Shown here one piece after another: positions 26,071 to 38,086 of a DNA stretch of 64,000 nt. The notes below the pieces were generated by a model. The model saw nothing but the letters and a program-made list of their open reading frames with translations, did not search any database and was not told where the DNA came from. The position numbers were made by a program, and so were the translations under genes. Source of the stretch: Haliotis rufescens (lineage: Eukaryota); NCBI RefSeq assembly GCF_023055435.1, contig NW_025963791.1, forward strand, positions 40,982,001 through 41,046,000, given 5' to 3'. The number at the start of each line of letters is the position of its first letter. Position 1 is the stretch's first letter.

Positions 26071-26844
26071 CTTCAACAGCTGACTGTTTCGGAAATGAGC
26101 TGGCAATGGAGAAATATTAATAAGGGTGACTATATGTGACGTGTTGCTACCATTTTAACAATCAACGAGCTGACTGTCCTGTCAGTATATTTAATTCTGT
26201 ACAACGAGATAATGTCAGTGTTTAATCTATGAGCATGGGTGTGGTGAAATGGTCGGAAACGTGAATCAAAGCAAATGTAGTTTTAAACAATTACTATTAA
26301 ATTTCTTTGAGAGACATTTAGAAATTGGAGTACTAAGTAAGGATAAAAAACATGGATTACAATTAGGAGCGACGTTTAAGTGTAGGTTCTAACACTTGCG
26401 TGATAACGGTACGTGTTAGAACCTACACGGAAACATTGCTCCTAAATGTAATGAATAAGTTGTTCATCCAAATACCTTATCCCTACTTAATTAATATTAA
26501 AAACCAAAAGTAGTGTATCAATCCTAAGGATATTCCAAATTTGTACCTATGTGTATCGACAATAACAGCTGCGCGATGCAAAAAGTATACTGATGTCCCC
26601 GTGACGTCATCTGGTTGTACGTTATTCAAACTAGAAGAAACTTTATGACGTCATGTAACATTGTCTAACACACTCCGGCGGAGTGGTGACTTAGCATGGA
26701 ACTCTGGGTAGAAGAGTGATTGTCTAAGTTGTGACTAATGACGTTATTACTTTTTGCTCCGCCATAGTACATACAAGTTCCGTTTACGCACCTGCTCTCT
26801 TTGTATTAAAATGAAATACAATCATCATCATCATCATCATCATC

Positions 26845-27092
26845 ATAGGTCTTCAGCAACCCATGCTTGCCGTAAAAGGCGACTATGCTTGTCGTAAAAG
26901 GCGACTAACGGGATCGGGTGGTCAGGCTCGCTGACTTGGTTGATGCATGTCATCGATCCCAATTGCGTGGATCGATGCTCATGATATCAATCACTGGATT
27001 TCCTGGTCCAGACTCGATTATTTACAGACCGCCGTCATATAGCTGAAGTATTGCTGAGTGCGGCGTTAAACAACAAACAAACCAAACCAAAC
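26845..27092 (+). mobile_element. 5'-truncated family B copy inserted in (CAT)n
   Basis: ATAGGTCTTCAGCAACCC...GGCGTTAAACAACAAAC flanked by CATCAT repeats. Confidence 0.88.
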
Positions 27093-27204
27093 CATCATCA
27101 TCATGAGTCATAATTGTTGTAACTGTTGCATGTATTGTTGTTTAACATTGCGAATCGACTTTGCATGTTTGCGGAGAGATTACAGGTCATCAGCTGCCTG
27201 TGCA

Positions 27205-27385
27205 GCACTATTCCAGCTATGTGTCGACGGTCTGTGAATAATCGAGGATGGACCAGACAATTTAGATCTACGCAATTGGGATACGATGACATGCATCAAC
27301 CAAGTCAGCGAGCCTGATCCCGTTAGTCGCCTCTTACGACAAGCATGGGTTGCTGAAGACCTATTGTAACCCGGATCTTCATGGG
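27205..27385 (-). mobile_element. Family B copy
   Basis: Head CCCATGAAGATCCGGGTTACAATAGGTCTTCAGC on the minus strand. Confidence 0.85.
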
Positions 27386-27985
27386 TGTGTATGTTGACAT
27401 TGGTGATTAACGCGTAAACCATGAAACTACGTTGAATTAATTCATATGTAAATAACGCAATCCATCTTGATCATGCCGCAGGCACACCACTGACCTTGTA
27501 GTTACAGTAAAAACATCATGAACATAACAAAGCTATTTACCTTATCGAAACATGAAACAAAAAAACCAACACGTTTATCTACCTTTATGTTTTAGACTCT
27601 CGTTCCGAAGAAATAGAATTTATTATAAACTAAATAATGATGTAATATGTTTGGGGTTTGCTAGCCGTCATATAGAGAGGCATCTTTCAGTGTAGCACTC
27701 TCATAGTGATCTGTTTGACAGTGTTTGAGTCAATTTGTGTTGTACCCAAATAGAGGGAAGTAAACAATGGAAAGAAAACTTTCCTGTCAACCAACAGTAC
27801 AAGGAGATGCTGCTTTCTGACCCATGCAAAAAGATCCTTCCAGTATGCATCTGCAACCAAATAACCTTCCCATGTCCTACTTTCATTTAAACTCATGATT
27901 CAGTGTTTTGTTGAACATACATCAGTTTAAAGTGTTCGGCTATGTTGAACATACATCAGTTTAAAGTGTTCGGCTATGTAAGTGC

Positions 27986-28009
27986 AATATTATTATTATT
28001 ATTATTATT

Positions 28010-28051
<42 letters not shown>
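27986..28051. repeat. Compound (TAT)n(GAT)n microsatellite
   Basis: Direct reading. Confidence 0.95.
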
Positions 28052-30534
28052 ATGTCAATCACTGGATTGTCTGGTCCAGATCTGATTCTTTACAGTGCTT
28101 TGCTGAGTGCGATTAAACAACAAAGTTGAAATTTACATTGTATAATAATCTTATACTTGGTATTATAATGCTATATTTTATTGATTATAATGAATACAGA
28201 ATGTTTGTATCTGTTTGTAGGAGACACAAGCCAAGATTCCCCACAACAATCTTCACATGCTGCTTCATGACAAAATTAATGAGGGTTATGTATGTTTGTA
28301 AGAGGTGCTAGAAAATGCCAACTTTAGTGGTAAAATCAGTATGTTCATCACGACAGAACTAAATGCGCACTGCCTTGTGGTATTTTTGTTGAACTCTTCA
28401 CCCGACATCCCCTGCCTCTGTCTTTTTAAAGTTATATTTGGGCAAGGTGCATACCTGGTGTATTGATAATATTACCTGACAAGAGTCAAGTTTGCTCATC
28501 ATATTCTGAAATAAGTGTCTCACATCTAGTAGAAATGGGAAAAGTAATATGAGCGAATCACCATCACTTTAACCGGTGCTTGGCATTTTTCAAGATAAAG
28601 TATATATTTTAGTATAATATTACCCTCCGGTATTAATATTAATACTCTTCCCACCTTCATTGGAAGAAGTGAACCTTTTAAAGAAAATTGTTATTCTCCT
28701 TTTCTGCTGACAGGCTGATTGTGGAAGGTGTACAGTCAAGTGCTGGGGACCTCTGTTAACAACTAGTTTACACCTACATTGTTAATGTTATGCACTAGGT
28801 CATGGAGCCTGGTCACTACAGGGTTTTCCCTAGCCTCTGAGAACTGGGGGTCGCCATGACTCCTAAGATGTACTACAGGGGGTAAAATGTCTTTTGTAGG
28901 GGGTAATTTTAACAAAATATTAATTGATGTTAGATTCCATGATAAATTTCATTTTTGATCTAAAATATATCTTGTTTCGTTAATCATGCTGTTTAAATCA
29001 TGTTTTATTGCTGATCCAATTAAATCGTAATGTCCAATATGTTTTATCATATTTTGCAGATAACAGATTGATAAAGTCTGACAAGGCAACTGCTATATAA
29101 TATTATAACTCTTCACATAATGATGGGACTCACCAGACTCGGTACTGTATACAATGGAGTCTCAACGTCTTTTTACGTGTGCCGTTATTTTAACCACACA
29201 CAATTATTCAATTGACTTGCAAACATCAGCCTATTTCATTCTGGAATTCAAGTAGCAAGTGGTAGCCTGTTGTCTGGTAATTTAAGGTATACTATAATGC
29301 ATATACTAATCCTTACTGTATAAATAAAATATGTTTTGCTTAAGCACTTCTTCCCGAAGTGGTTGTGGTCGTGTTTCATTTGAACAGTCACTGGTACCTG
29401 TATCCGATTCATCTGATTCTACTGTCAGATCAACAGATTTACCACTGCCACCTTGTTTGAAAAAGGGTGGGTTTTAGGCCATCAATTGACGATGACTTGT
29501 CAAAATATGACAACCTATTCTTGATAGTGACTGACAGGCAAACCCCTTGGCAAGTATTGAAACTTAATTCTGATTGGCTGCCACCGAGAGCTTGCCAGTA
29601 GGGCTGTTCTATTTTCAGTTATTGTCACATTTTCATTTGCAACATTATGTAATTCTTAAAACACTTGCCTTCAAATATTTGTACTTCTATTTTCGATCGT
29701 GCAACCTTCTATGTACTTATCGGGTTGAAATCATCAAAAGGGTAGCAACTGTGGCTGCCATGGCTGAGTACAATGCCAGGTAATAAATCTTCACTGGTCC
29801 AGTTTCTAACTTTTCGAGTAAATATATTACAGCACAATCTGCATAATATGTGCACGTTTTTGAAGGCAAGTGTCTTAGGAAGTGAATCATGCTGCATTTG
29901 TCGCGAGGTCACAGTGCATGCACTTTCCTGAAGCGTGTATAGTGTGATGCAGATTTGGCTCAGGCATCTGTTAGGAAAACACTATGGGACAGCCCGTAGC
30001 TCTGTCTAGCAAGGAGTCAGAATCCAAATAGTTTATAGGGACCTGCACAGAGGTACGGTTACCACAGCTAATAATTGTATATATTTAACATGTGCACTCA
30101 TGTGTTTCAATTTGTAACTATACATAAACATATGAAAAAGGGAGGGGCCAGACTAACATCTAATCTCTGAAATAAACACATTCTACAGAAGAAGTAAAAC
30201 AGTTGTTATATAGAGAATTTCTACCGGGTGTCTATCGATGTCAAATATGTCAACACGAGGATTTTTTCCACTTTTATCAACGAGTGTTGATATATTTGAT
30301 ATAAAAAGACACGAGGGTGAGATTTTATTTATCATCCAACGCCATTTCCCAACTTTTACAGTTTGTAGACAGTAGTAAGCAGTGTCCTAAGTGTAAAAAG
30401 TACTGCTAACAGAGTCAGTAGCTGAGCCATTAGAGATGTCATTTAATTGTGACGTCATGATAACAATGACGTCACAATAGTCTGCAAAGCATTGTCATGC
30501 AATTTCATTGCAGCGATATCTACAATAAAGATAT

Positions 30535-30666
30535 CATCGCATCCCAATTGCGTAGATCGATGTTCATAATGTCAATCACTGGTTGTCTGGTCCAGTCTCA
30601 GTTATTTACAGACCGCCATCATATAGCTGGAATATTGTTGAGTGCGGCATTAAACAACAAACAAAC
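30535..30666 (+). mobile_element. Family B 3' fragment
   Basis: ATCCCAATTGCGTAGATCGATG...TAAACAACAAACAAAC. Confidence 0.8.
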
Positions 30667-30740
30667 ATATCTAAGATCAATATCAAACACGGTCGCTATA
30701 GCCAATTTTATTTTCTACTGGATCATAATGAAAGTTAGTA

Positions 30741-30744
<4 letters not shown>

Positions 30745-30793
<49 letters not shown>

Positions 30794-30804
30794 TGCGCGC
30801 GCGC
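30745..30804. repeat. (TG)n-(TGCG)n-(CG)n microsatellite
   Basis: Alternating purine-pyrimidine tract. Confidence 0.95.
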
Positions 30805-32469
30805 AGAATAGCATACACTTGACTCCCTTTTTTTCTTTTGAAGATGTCGTGTGACACAACGAATGAGCGCTTTTTTGCAAGTCACGTGATACCATTCCTT
30901 TATCAAAACATAGTGGTAATATCTTACAAGGCCATATTATTTTTTTATTATTGTTCAACCCGATCACTACTGTTTGACCACAAATTAGATGTTTGTGTGT
31001 GTATAAATTTTGTTGGTGTGATTTATCTAATTGTTGTTAGTAAAGTGTATGTTAGTAATGTGTGAATGTGAAATATTTGAAATACTTCAATTGAGGTTCG
31101 AGATGAAATGCAAATTTTACAGTATTTTAATGTCGAGGTTCGAGATATCGTGTGAATGTCAATCTACAAGCTCGAAATATGTGTACAACTTTCATGATAC
31201 TTATATGGGTAGACGTTTGGGTCAAAGATAGTGTGACTTTCGAGATTAAGGAATTTAAGATTAAGGGAGATTGAGCTTGTTTTTAGCCCACCTGGCCATC
31301 TTTGATTTCAGAAAGTAAAATCCACACATCTTTTTAAAGGGTAGGCGTCCTGAAACTTGTTGGGTGTGATGGTCACCTTGTGAAGTACAGAGATTGTACA
31401 ATTTATCTTGATCAGAAATCAAATATGGCTGCCAGTGATCATATTAGAAAATTGACCATTGTAGCTGACACTTCGCATTTGTTGATGACATCAGAATTTG
31501 TTCAAGACGTTTAAATCAAAATTTCAGTATGATCTTTGTACTTAAACCATACTGTTAGCTGAAACTGCTTATTGCCATTATTCAGTCAGTTTTGTACAAA
31601 TTCTTATGAAATTTGATATGTGTTGTGGGATTCAAGACATGTGTTCTGTTTATAATTGCATATATTTATCATTTTAACCTTGCTTTGACCATGCTTTTAG
31701 ATTCTCTCAAAATGTATATTTGGCTATGTAAACTTCTCTGAATTTGCCAGACTGAGGGAGCCGAACGTGTGTCACATGTGTTTCTCCTCGTGTTGACAAC
31801 ATTTTTTTTGTCAAATAATTAATGTTTAGTCTGGTGAATCCAACATGCAAGTTCCATAGGGATAGTTGTCACATGGAAAGGAACAAACAAAACTGACGTG
31901 ACAAAGCACGACGCTCATTACACAGGACGATGACACGATGTGCTCAAAACGACATTGTGCCATCTTTATAGTGGGGTGGGAAAATAATGTTTTGTTGGCC
32001 GTATGCTCTCAGAGTGAGCTGACAGTAGGACAAATATGTCATGAGGAATACCCTGGTGGTTTCATAACAATGTTGTAAGTTAGAAAAGTGCTGCGTTTCA
32101 CATATGTCACTTTCAGTTTGTTTCTTGTTAATCAGTCTTCATTACCCCCAGCTAATATGGTCACAATGGATCTAGGTTAATGTGATTACCCACAGCTTAT
32201 ATGGTCACAATGGATCTAGGTTAATGTGCATGGGAGATTTACTGTACGAGTGTTGGTGAGCACATGGTCATTTGGTTAATTAGGTTACCGATTGTTATGG
32301 TAATCGAGCACGATCCCTCGTCGGAGTGAGCGAACGCTTTAACAACTAGTCATCCAATGCACCGTAATACGCTGTGTAGAGTTGCGTCCCTTAGTCGAGC
32401 CAGACAAATGATCGTGGGTTCGAATCCCAGATTCACCCTGAATATTAATCCGTGGTCAGGAGTTTCACA

Positions 32470-33765
32470 ATTTGAGGGCACACCTCCCATATTTGAGGGC
32501 ACACCTCCCATATTTGAGGGCACACCTCCCATATTTGACGGCACACCTCCCATATTTGACGACACAGATCCCATATTTGACGGCACACCTCCCATATTTG
32601 ACGGCACACCTCCCATATTTGAGGGCACACCTCCCATATTTGACGGCACACCTCCCATATTTGACGGCACACCTCCCATATTTGACGGCACACCTCCCAT
32701 ATTTGACGACACAGATCCCATATTTGACGGCACACCTCCCATATTTGACGACACAGATCCCATATTTGACGGCACACCTCCCATATTTGGCGACACACCT
32801 CCCATATTTGACGGCACACCTCCCATATTTGACGACACAGATCCCATATTTGACGGCACACCTCCCATATTTGGCGACACAGATCCCATATTTGACGGCA
32901 CACCTCCCATATTTGACGGCACACCTCCCATATTTGACGACACAGATCCCATATTTGACGACACAGATCCCATATTTGAGGGCACACCTCCCATATTTGA
33001 CGACACAGATCCCATATTTGACGGCACACCTCCCATATTTGGCGACACACCTCCCATATTTGACGGCACACCTCCCATATTTGACGACACAGATCCCATA
33101 TTTGACGGCACACCTCCCATATTTGGCGACACAGATCCCATATTTGACGGCACACCTCCCATATTTGACGGCACACCTCCCATATTTGACGACACAGATC
33201 CCATATTTGACGACACAGATCCCATATTTGAGGGCACACCTCCCATACTTGACGACACAGATCCCATATTTGACGGCACACCTCCCATATTTGACGGCAC
33301 ACCTCCCATATTTGACGACACAGATCCCATATTTGACGGCACACCTCCCATATTTGACGACACAGATCCCATATTTGACGGCACACCTCCCATATTTGGC
33401 GACACACCTCCCATATTTGACGGCACACCTCCCATATTTGACGACACACCTCCCATATTTGACGACACAGATCCCATATTTGACGGCACACCTCCCATAT
33501 TTGGCGACACACCTCCCATATTTGACGGCACACCTCCCATATTTGACGACACAGATCCCATATTTGACGGCACACCTCCCATATTTGGCGACACACCTCC
33601 CATATTTGACGGCACACCTCCCATATTTGACGGCACACCTCCCATATTTGAGGGCAAACCTCCCATATTTGGCGACACACCTCCCATATTTGGCGACACA
33701 CCTCCCATATTTGACGGCACACCTCCCATATTTGACGGCACACCTCCCATATTTGACGACACACT
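32470..33765. repeat. Minisatellite, 21-bp unit with higher-order structure
   Basis: Unit CCCATATTTGACGGCACACCT and variants (GACGACACAGAT); about 61 copies, with a duplicated 12-unit block. Confidence 0.97.
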
Positions 33766-33769
33766 CCTT

Positions 33770-33996
33770 CGTCTAAGGCGCCGCATTCCACGAGTTGCGA
33801 CCGTTAGGTGTGGCAGAAACCTATAGAGTACAATCGTGGGTTCAAATCCCTGATCATGTTTCTTGCTTTGTCAGCACCGTGTCCGTGCTCGTATGTTTCA
33901 TCAAAAAGGTAAGCGTCTAAGATATGCATCAAGCTGACGGACCATGGACTGGTACACATACTGTTCGGTGTGGCGTTAATCCAAACTCACTCACTC
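33770..33996 (+). mobile_element. Diverged SINE family C copy at the right edge of the 21-bp array
   Basis: CGTCTAAGGCGCCGC...GTGGGTTCAAATCCC...GGCGTTAATCCAAACTCACTCACTC. Confidence 0.7.
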
Positions 33997-34608
33997 CTCC
34001 CATATCTCGCCTCGAAACATGTGGAGCGTGGGTCGTGGTCGTTGTTCCCCATATTCGCTCAGATTGCCGTATTTAGTTGCCTAGCAGCATACCCGTGCTC
34101 GTTGGTTTCACAAAAATGGTAAAGGTCCACGACATGCGTAAATATATATTGTCAATGCAAGCAAATAACCAGTCTAGATTATCCACTGAATCAGATTCCA
34201 TTTGGCGTAAAGGGCAAAATAGCTGTGAAATTTATATGAATGGACCACTGAAAATCAGTGATGCCACCAGGTGTTCGCGAAAAGTGTAAGCATGTCCTGC
34301 CCTACCGGTAGCAAACGTCATTCACACAATTTGCATAAAAAAGTAACTATGTATTGCCTGACGACGCACAGTAGTAATCCTTCATGCCTGTGGCCTGTGA
34401 ACAAACCAGACGTTCAAGTGATCGATGAACCAAATGCTAAGTTTGAATTACATCTGATGTGTATAAGTGCCAAGATTTGGCTGGTCACAAGTAAAGAAAA
34501 ACGTTTAAGAAATATATTCGTTTTGCTAACCATACATGTAACCTGACGTGCTGCGATGTCACTGAGATTATGTTCACAGCAGCGTTAACTTGGACTCTCT
34601 CTCTCTCG

Positions 34609-34649
<41 letters not shown>

Positions 34650-34651
<2 letters not shown>

Positions 34652-34807
34652 GGCGGTCGGGTAGCCTAGTGGTTAAAGCGTTAGCTCGTCAGGCCGAAGA
34701 CCCGGGTTCGATTCCCGACATGGGTACAATGTGTGAAGCCCATTTCTGGTGTCCCCCGCCGTGATATTGTTGGAATATTGCTAAAAGCGGCGTAAAACCA
34801 AACTCAC

Positions 34808-34813
<6 letters not shown>
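34650..34813 (+). mobile_element. SINE family A copy inserted in a (CT)n microsatellite (34595-34865)
   Basis: Near-identical to the 10087 element, with CT repeats on both sides. Confidence 0.9.
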
Positions 34814-34861
<48 letters not shown>

Positions 34862-35280
34862 TCTCCACGACTAGCAACGCAAATGCGTCAAACCCCTTTG
34901 AACTATGTACACACCAAGAAATAACACCACACAATAGCATATGCTACTTTATGTCTTCATTCCGACTTTGAAGAGGGTTACAAATGTAAGTCCTTTCTAT
35001 CTAGGCCGTATCTAGAGGCAATCACGTTCAATTTTGGCTAATCAAAATATCGAACTTGTGACGGCTTAGATGTCTTCGTCAGACCGGCAGATGATGCAGA
35101 ATAGTGTGAGGTAGAACGATGAGCCAGATACCAACACGATCGACAGACAATTGCCAGTGAAGCCATGAAACAGAACTAAAAGTTTGTTTACAAATCAGTT
35201 TAACATACACTATGGCTGAAGTTTGCTGTTTAGGAACATTTTGCTTATACAAAACGGTTCACATAATATTTTTGAAGAAT

Positions 35281-37983
35281 CTACCGTGCAGAAGTAGACC
35301 CCTCCCGGCCAATGTTTCTCACTCTGCGGAGGAACCGCCTGAACGGTGATGTTTTGTCCTCCCCCGGCGTGACTTTGCTGTTTGGTGAGGGAGGGTCTTC
35401 TCTCTGACAAGCCACCGGGTCTTTAGGCTTGGATGTGACAAATGTGAATCGACTGCGGACATCACCGATGAACTTCTGGAACCGCCCTGGCTCCGAGGGA
35501 AAGGTAGGCCGAACCATCACCCCATTGACGAAGATGGGCGGGGGAAGAATCCGTGGGAGTTTGTAGCGATTTGCAACCGCGATGACGCTGTTTTGGACGT
35601 TGACGAGGGCTTGGTGGACGTTGGGGTCATTGGGGTCACAGCAGAGGAACTGTCTGGAGACTTCCGCCCCGCCTTCATTGACTGCGTTGTGTACTTTCCA
35701 TATTCGTCTGCTGACGATTCGCAGATCGTTGGTCTGAAACATCAACTGGTGACATGCACTTTACTGTCTGGGTGTAAAGTCAGCCTTGGTAATTGGTTTC
35801 AATCAACAATAAAAACACGTGGGAGCAGACGTACCCAGTACATCACGCTTATGACGTAATCGTTGACGAAGTAGAGAATCGGATGTAGCAGTATGTGTCT
35901 TGTCTGATCGTGTATCATTGCATCTCGGCGGTTTGAGCCGGTTTTTGCACGCTATGAAACACTGGTTTGCCTGGTCCAGACTCGACAACTTACACGCCGC
36001 CGGGTTATAGCTTCAATATTGCTGACAGTGGCGTAAAACGCCATGGACTCAATCAGGTTACAAAAGCATCGTACTTCAAGATCTGTTCCATCATATCGAT
36101 AGTAAGGTTTCTTTATACCACGCATATATAGCGGTAGATCTCAAAATATGTAATGTGTTTGTGTTTGTTTATTCGTTGTTTAACGCCGTACTCAGCAATA
36201 TGCCAGCTATATGACTCGTAAATAATCGAGTCCGAACCAGACAATCCAGTGGCCGATATTGTGAGCAACGGTCCACGCTCTACAACACGCTATCAACCGA
36301 GTCAGCGTGCCTGACAACCCGTTCCATTTACTCGCCACTTACGACAAGCATAGGGTGCTGGGAACCTATTCTTGCCGTCATTTAAACTGACGGGCAGCCT
36401 AAAGGAATGACTTGAAAACTGGGGTGCGGAGCAGACAATTCAATCATTGATATAATGAACAACTCAATTAACCATGTCACCGAGTCTGACCACCCGATCC
36501 ATTAAGTCGCCTCGTGCGGAAAGCTTATGTTGGTTGGGACCAAGTACGCTATCATCAGGGCCCATATTACATCGATACCTGAAAGACAAGCTGTTGTCTT
36601 CATTGTTTTCAGTTTTTGTACATCTTTGTCTTGAGGGGTTAAATCATCCTTTCCTATGAACAGTCAAATGTGCTCTTTAAAACATGGTCACGATTCTAGA
36701 TATCATTCTTGGTCGTTTTGTACTGTCTGTGTGTTTGTTGCTTAACGCCGCACTCAGCAATATTCCAGCTATATGACTGCGGTCTGTAAATCTTGTCTGG
36801 ACCAGACAATCCAGTGACTGACATCAGGAGCAACAATCCATGCAATTGGAATACGATGATATGCATCAACCAAGTCAGCGAGCCTGACCACCTGATCCCG
36901 TTAGTCGCCTCTTACGACAAGCATAGTCACCTTTCACGGCAAGCGTGGATTGCTTAAGACCTATTCTACCCCGGATCTTCATTGGTTTTGTAATGACACA
37001 GATTAATTAACAAAAGGTAACGCTCACCCTGTTCTGTTCCATGCAAACTTCTCTGATGAGATGGAGCCACCATCTGATAGCTTTGAACTCCTCGCGCAGT
37101 TCCACCGACCATGGTAGTTCTCCCACTGAAACAAAGGGATTCCTTGGAGCCTGGCGTGCAGGGACTGGTTGGGGCAGAGTTGATTACTTTTACGTTTAAC
37201 TGTGTTCTACAAAACAGATACTTCAACTTCGTTAATGTTTGAATAATGTTCGGAAGCAAACACTATGGAGAGTTTTTCTTCAGTTTATTTGTGTTCCAAT
37301 TGTGTCCCCACACAAACACTACATACAGATCAACTACATTTCTGTTTTAATCATATGTGTACAAATTGATACTTGATTTCAGGATGTATTTACCCAAGCT
37401 TATAAATGGTCCTCTATATTGGGCAACATTGTAATGCTACATTCAACTAGACAAGCGCTGAACAAGAAGTATCTCTTGTTATCGATCTTGGCAAGGATAA
37501 CACTGAAGTCAATTCGCTCTCGTTACAATTTTTATTGTCTGATTTTGTCACATTTTATTATTACTGGTATATCCATCTTGCAGGTATTTACTGATGTTTA
37601 TTTATGTTATAGACACATGGGTGCAGTGATGGAATCACGTGTGTATATACCAGTAACAGACACATGGGTACAGCGATTGAATCAAGCGTGTCTGTAACAG
37701 ACACATGGGTACAGCGATTGAATCAAGTGTGCCTGTGACAGACACATGGGTACAGCGAATGAATCAAGTGTGTCTGTAACGGACACATGGGTACAGCGAT
37801 TGAATTAAGTGTGTTTGTAACAGACACATGGGTACAGCGATTGAATCAAGTGTGTCTGTGACAGACACATGGGTACAGCGAATGAATCAAGTGTGTCTGT
37901 AACGGACACGTGGGATCTTTCAACAGTATTCTATATGACTTACCTGTAACCCAAGGCTCTTGTCGGAAACAGCAAAGTGACAT
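35281..37983 (-). CDS. Uncharacterised 196-aa protein, join(37983-37944, 37125-37028, 35733-35281)
   Basis: aaaATG start; donors GTAAGT and GTGAGC; acceptors ctttgtttcag and tgtttcag. Phases 1 and 0 join to MSLCCFRQEPWVT|VGELPWSVELREEFKAIRWWLHLIREVCMEQNR|TNDLRIVSRRIWKVHN...FRRFLRRVRNIGREGSTSAR*. The last exon is a 450-nt non-repetitive, GC-richer ORF. No family recognised. Confidence 0.7.
36165..36375 (-). mobile_element. Diverged family B copy (orphan gene intron 2)
   Basis: Similarity to the family body and tail. Confidence 0.7.
36733..36986 (-). mobile_element. Family B copy, full length (orphan gene intron 2)
   Basis: Head CCAATGAAGATCCGGGGTAGAATAGGTCTT with a duplicated hairpin module. 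Confidence 0.85.
37610..37912. repeat. Minisatellite, 41-bp unit, in intron 1 of the orphan gene
   Basis: ACAGACACATGGGTACAGCGATTGAATCAAGTGTGTCTGTA repeated about 7 times. Confidence 0.93.
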
Positions 37984-38044
37984 TTTAAGCTAATAACGTG
38001 GACACCAACATGCGGAATGAACCACATGAAAGTGGACGCTGTTC

Positions 38045-38086
38045 TGTGACGTCACACTATTGTTACGTCAACGTTTTGTGACGTCA
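38045..38086. promoter_or_regulatory. Triple CRE cluster upstream of the orphan gene
   Basis: TGACGTCA at 38047, TTACGTCA at 38063 and TGACGTCA at 38079 (exact 16-bp period); a further TTACGTCA at 38203. Confidence 0.45.

Noticed and set aside
27319-27385. Family B head as a canonical HDV-like ribozyme
   Set aside because: The CUAA-plus-closing-stem end is reminiscent, but I cannot place P1, P3/L3 and P1.1 in the required order. It is left as an unclassified fold.
32350-33826. 430-490 aa ORFs in four frames
   Set aside because: They result from a stop-free 21-bp tandem unit; no splice signals or unique coding flanks, and the ends lie in SINE fragments.
36966-37259. 97-aa ORF-track frame as exon 2 of the orphan gene
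   Set aside because: Its phase at the GTGAGC donor does not join the last exon. The other frame from the acceptor at 37125 joins both neighbours.
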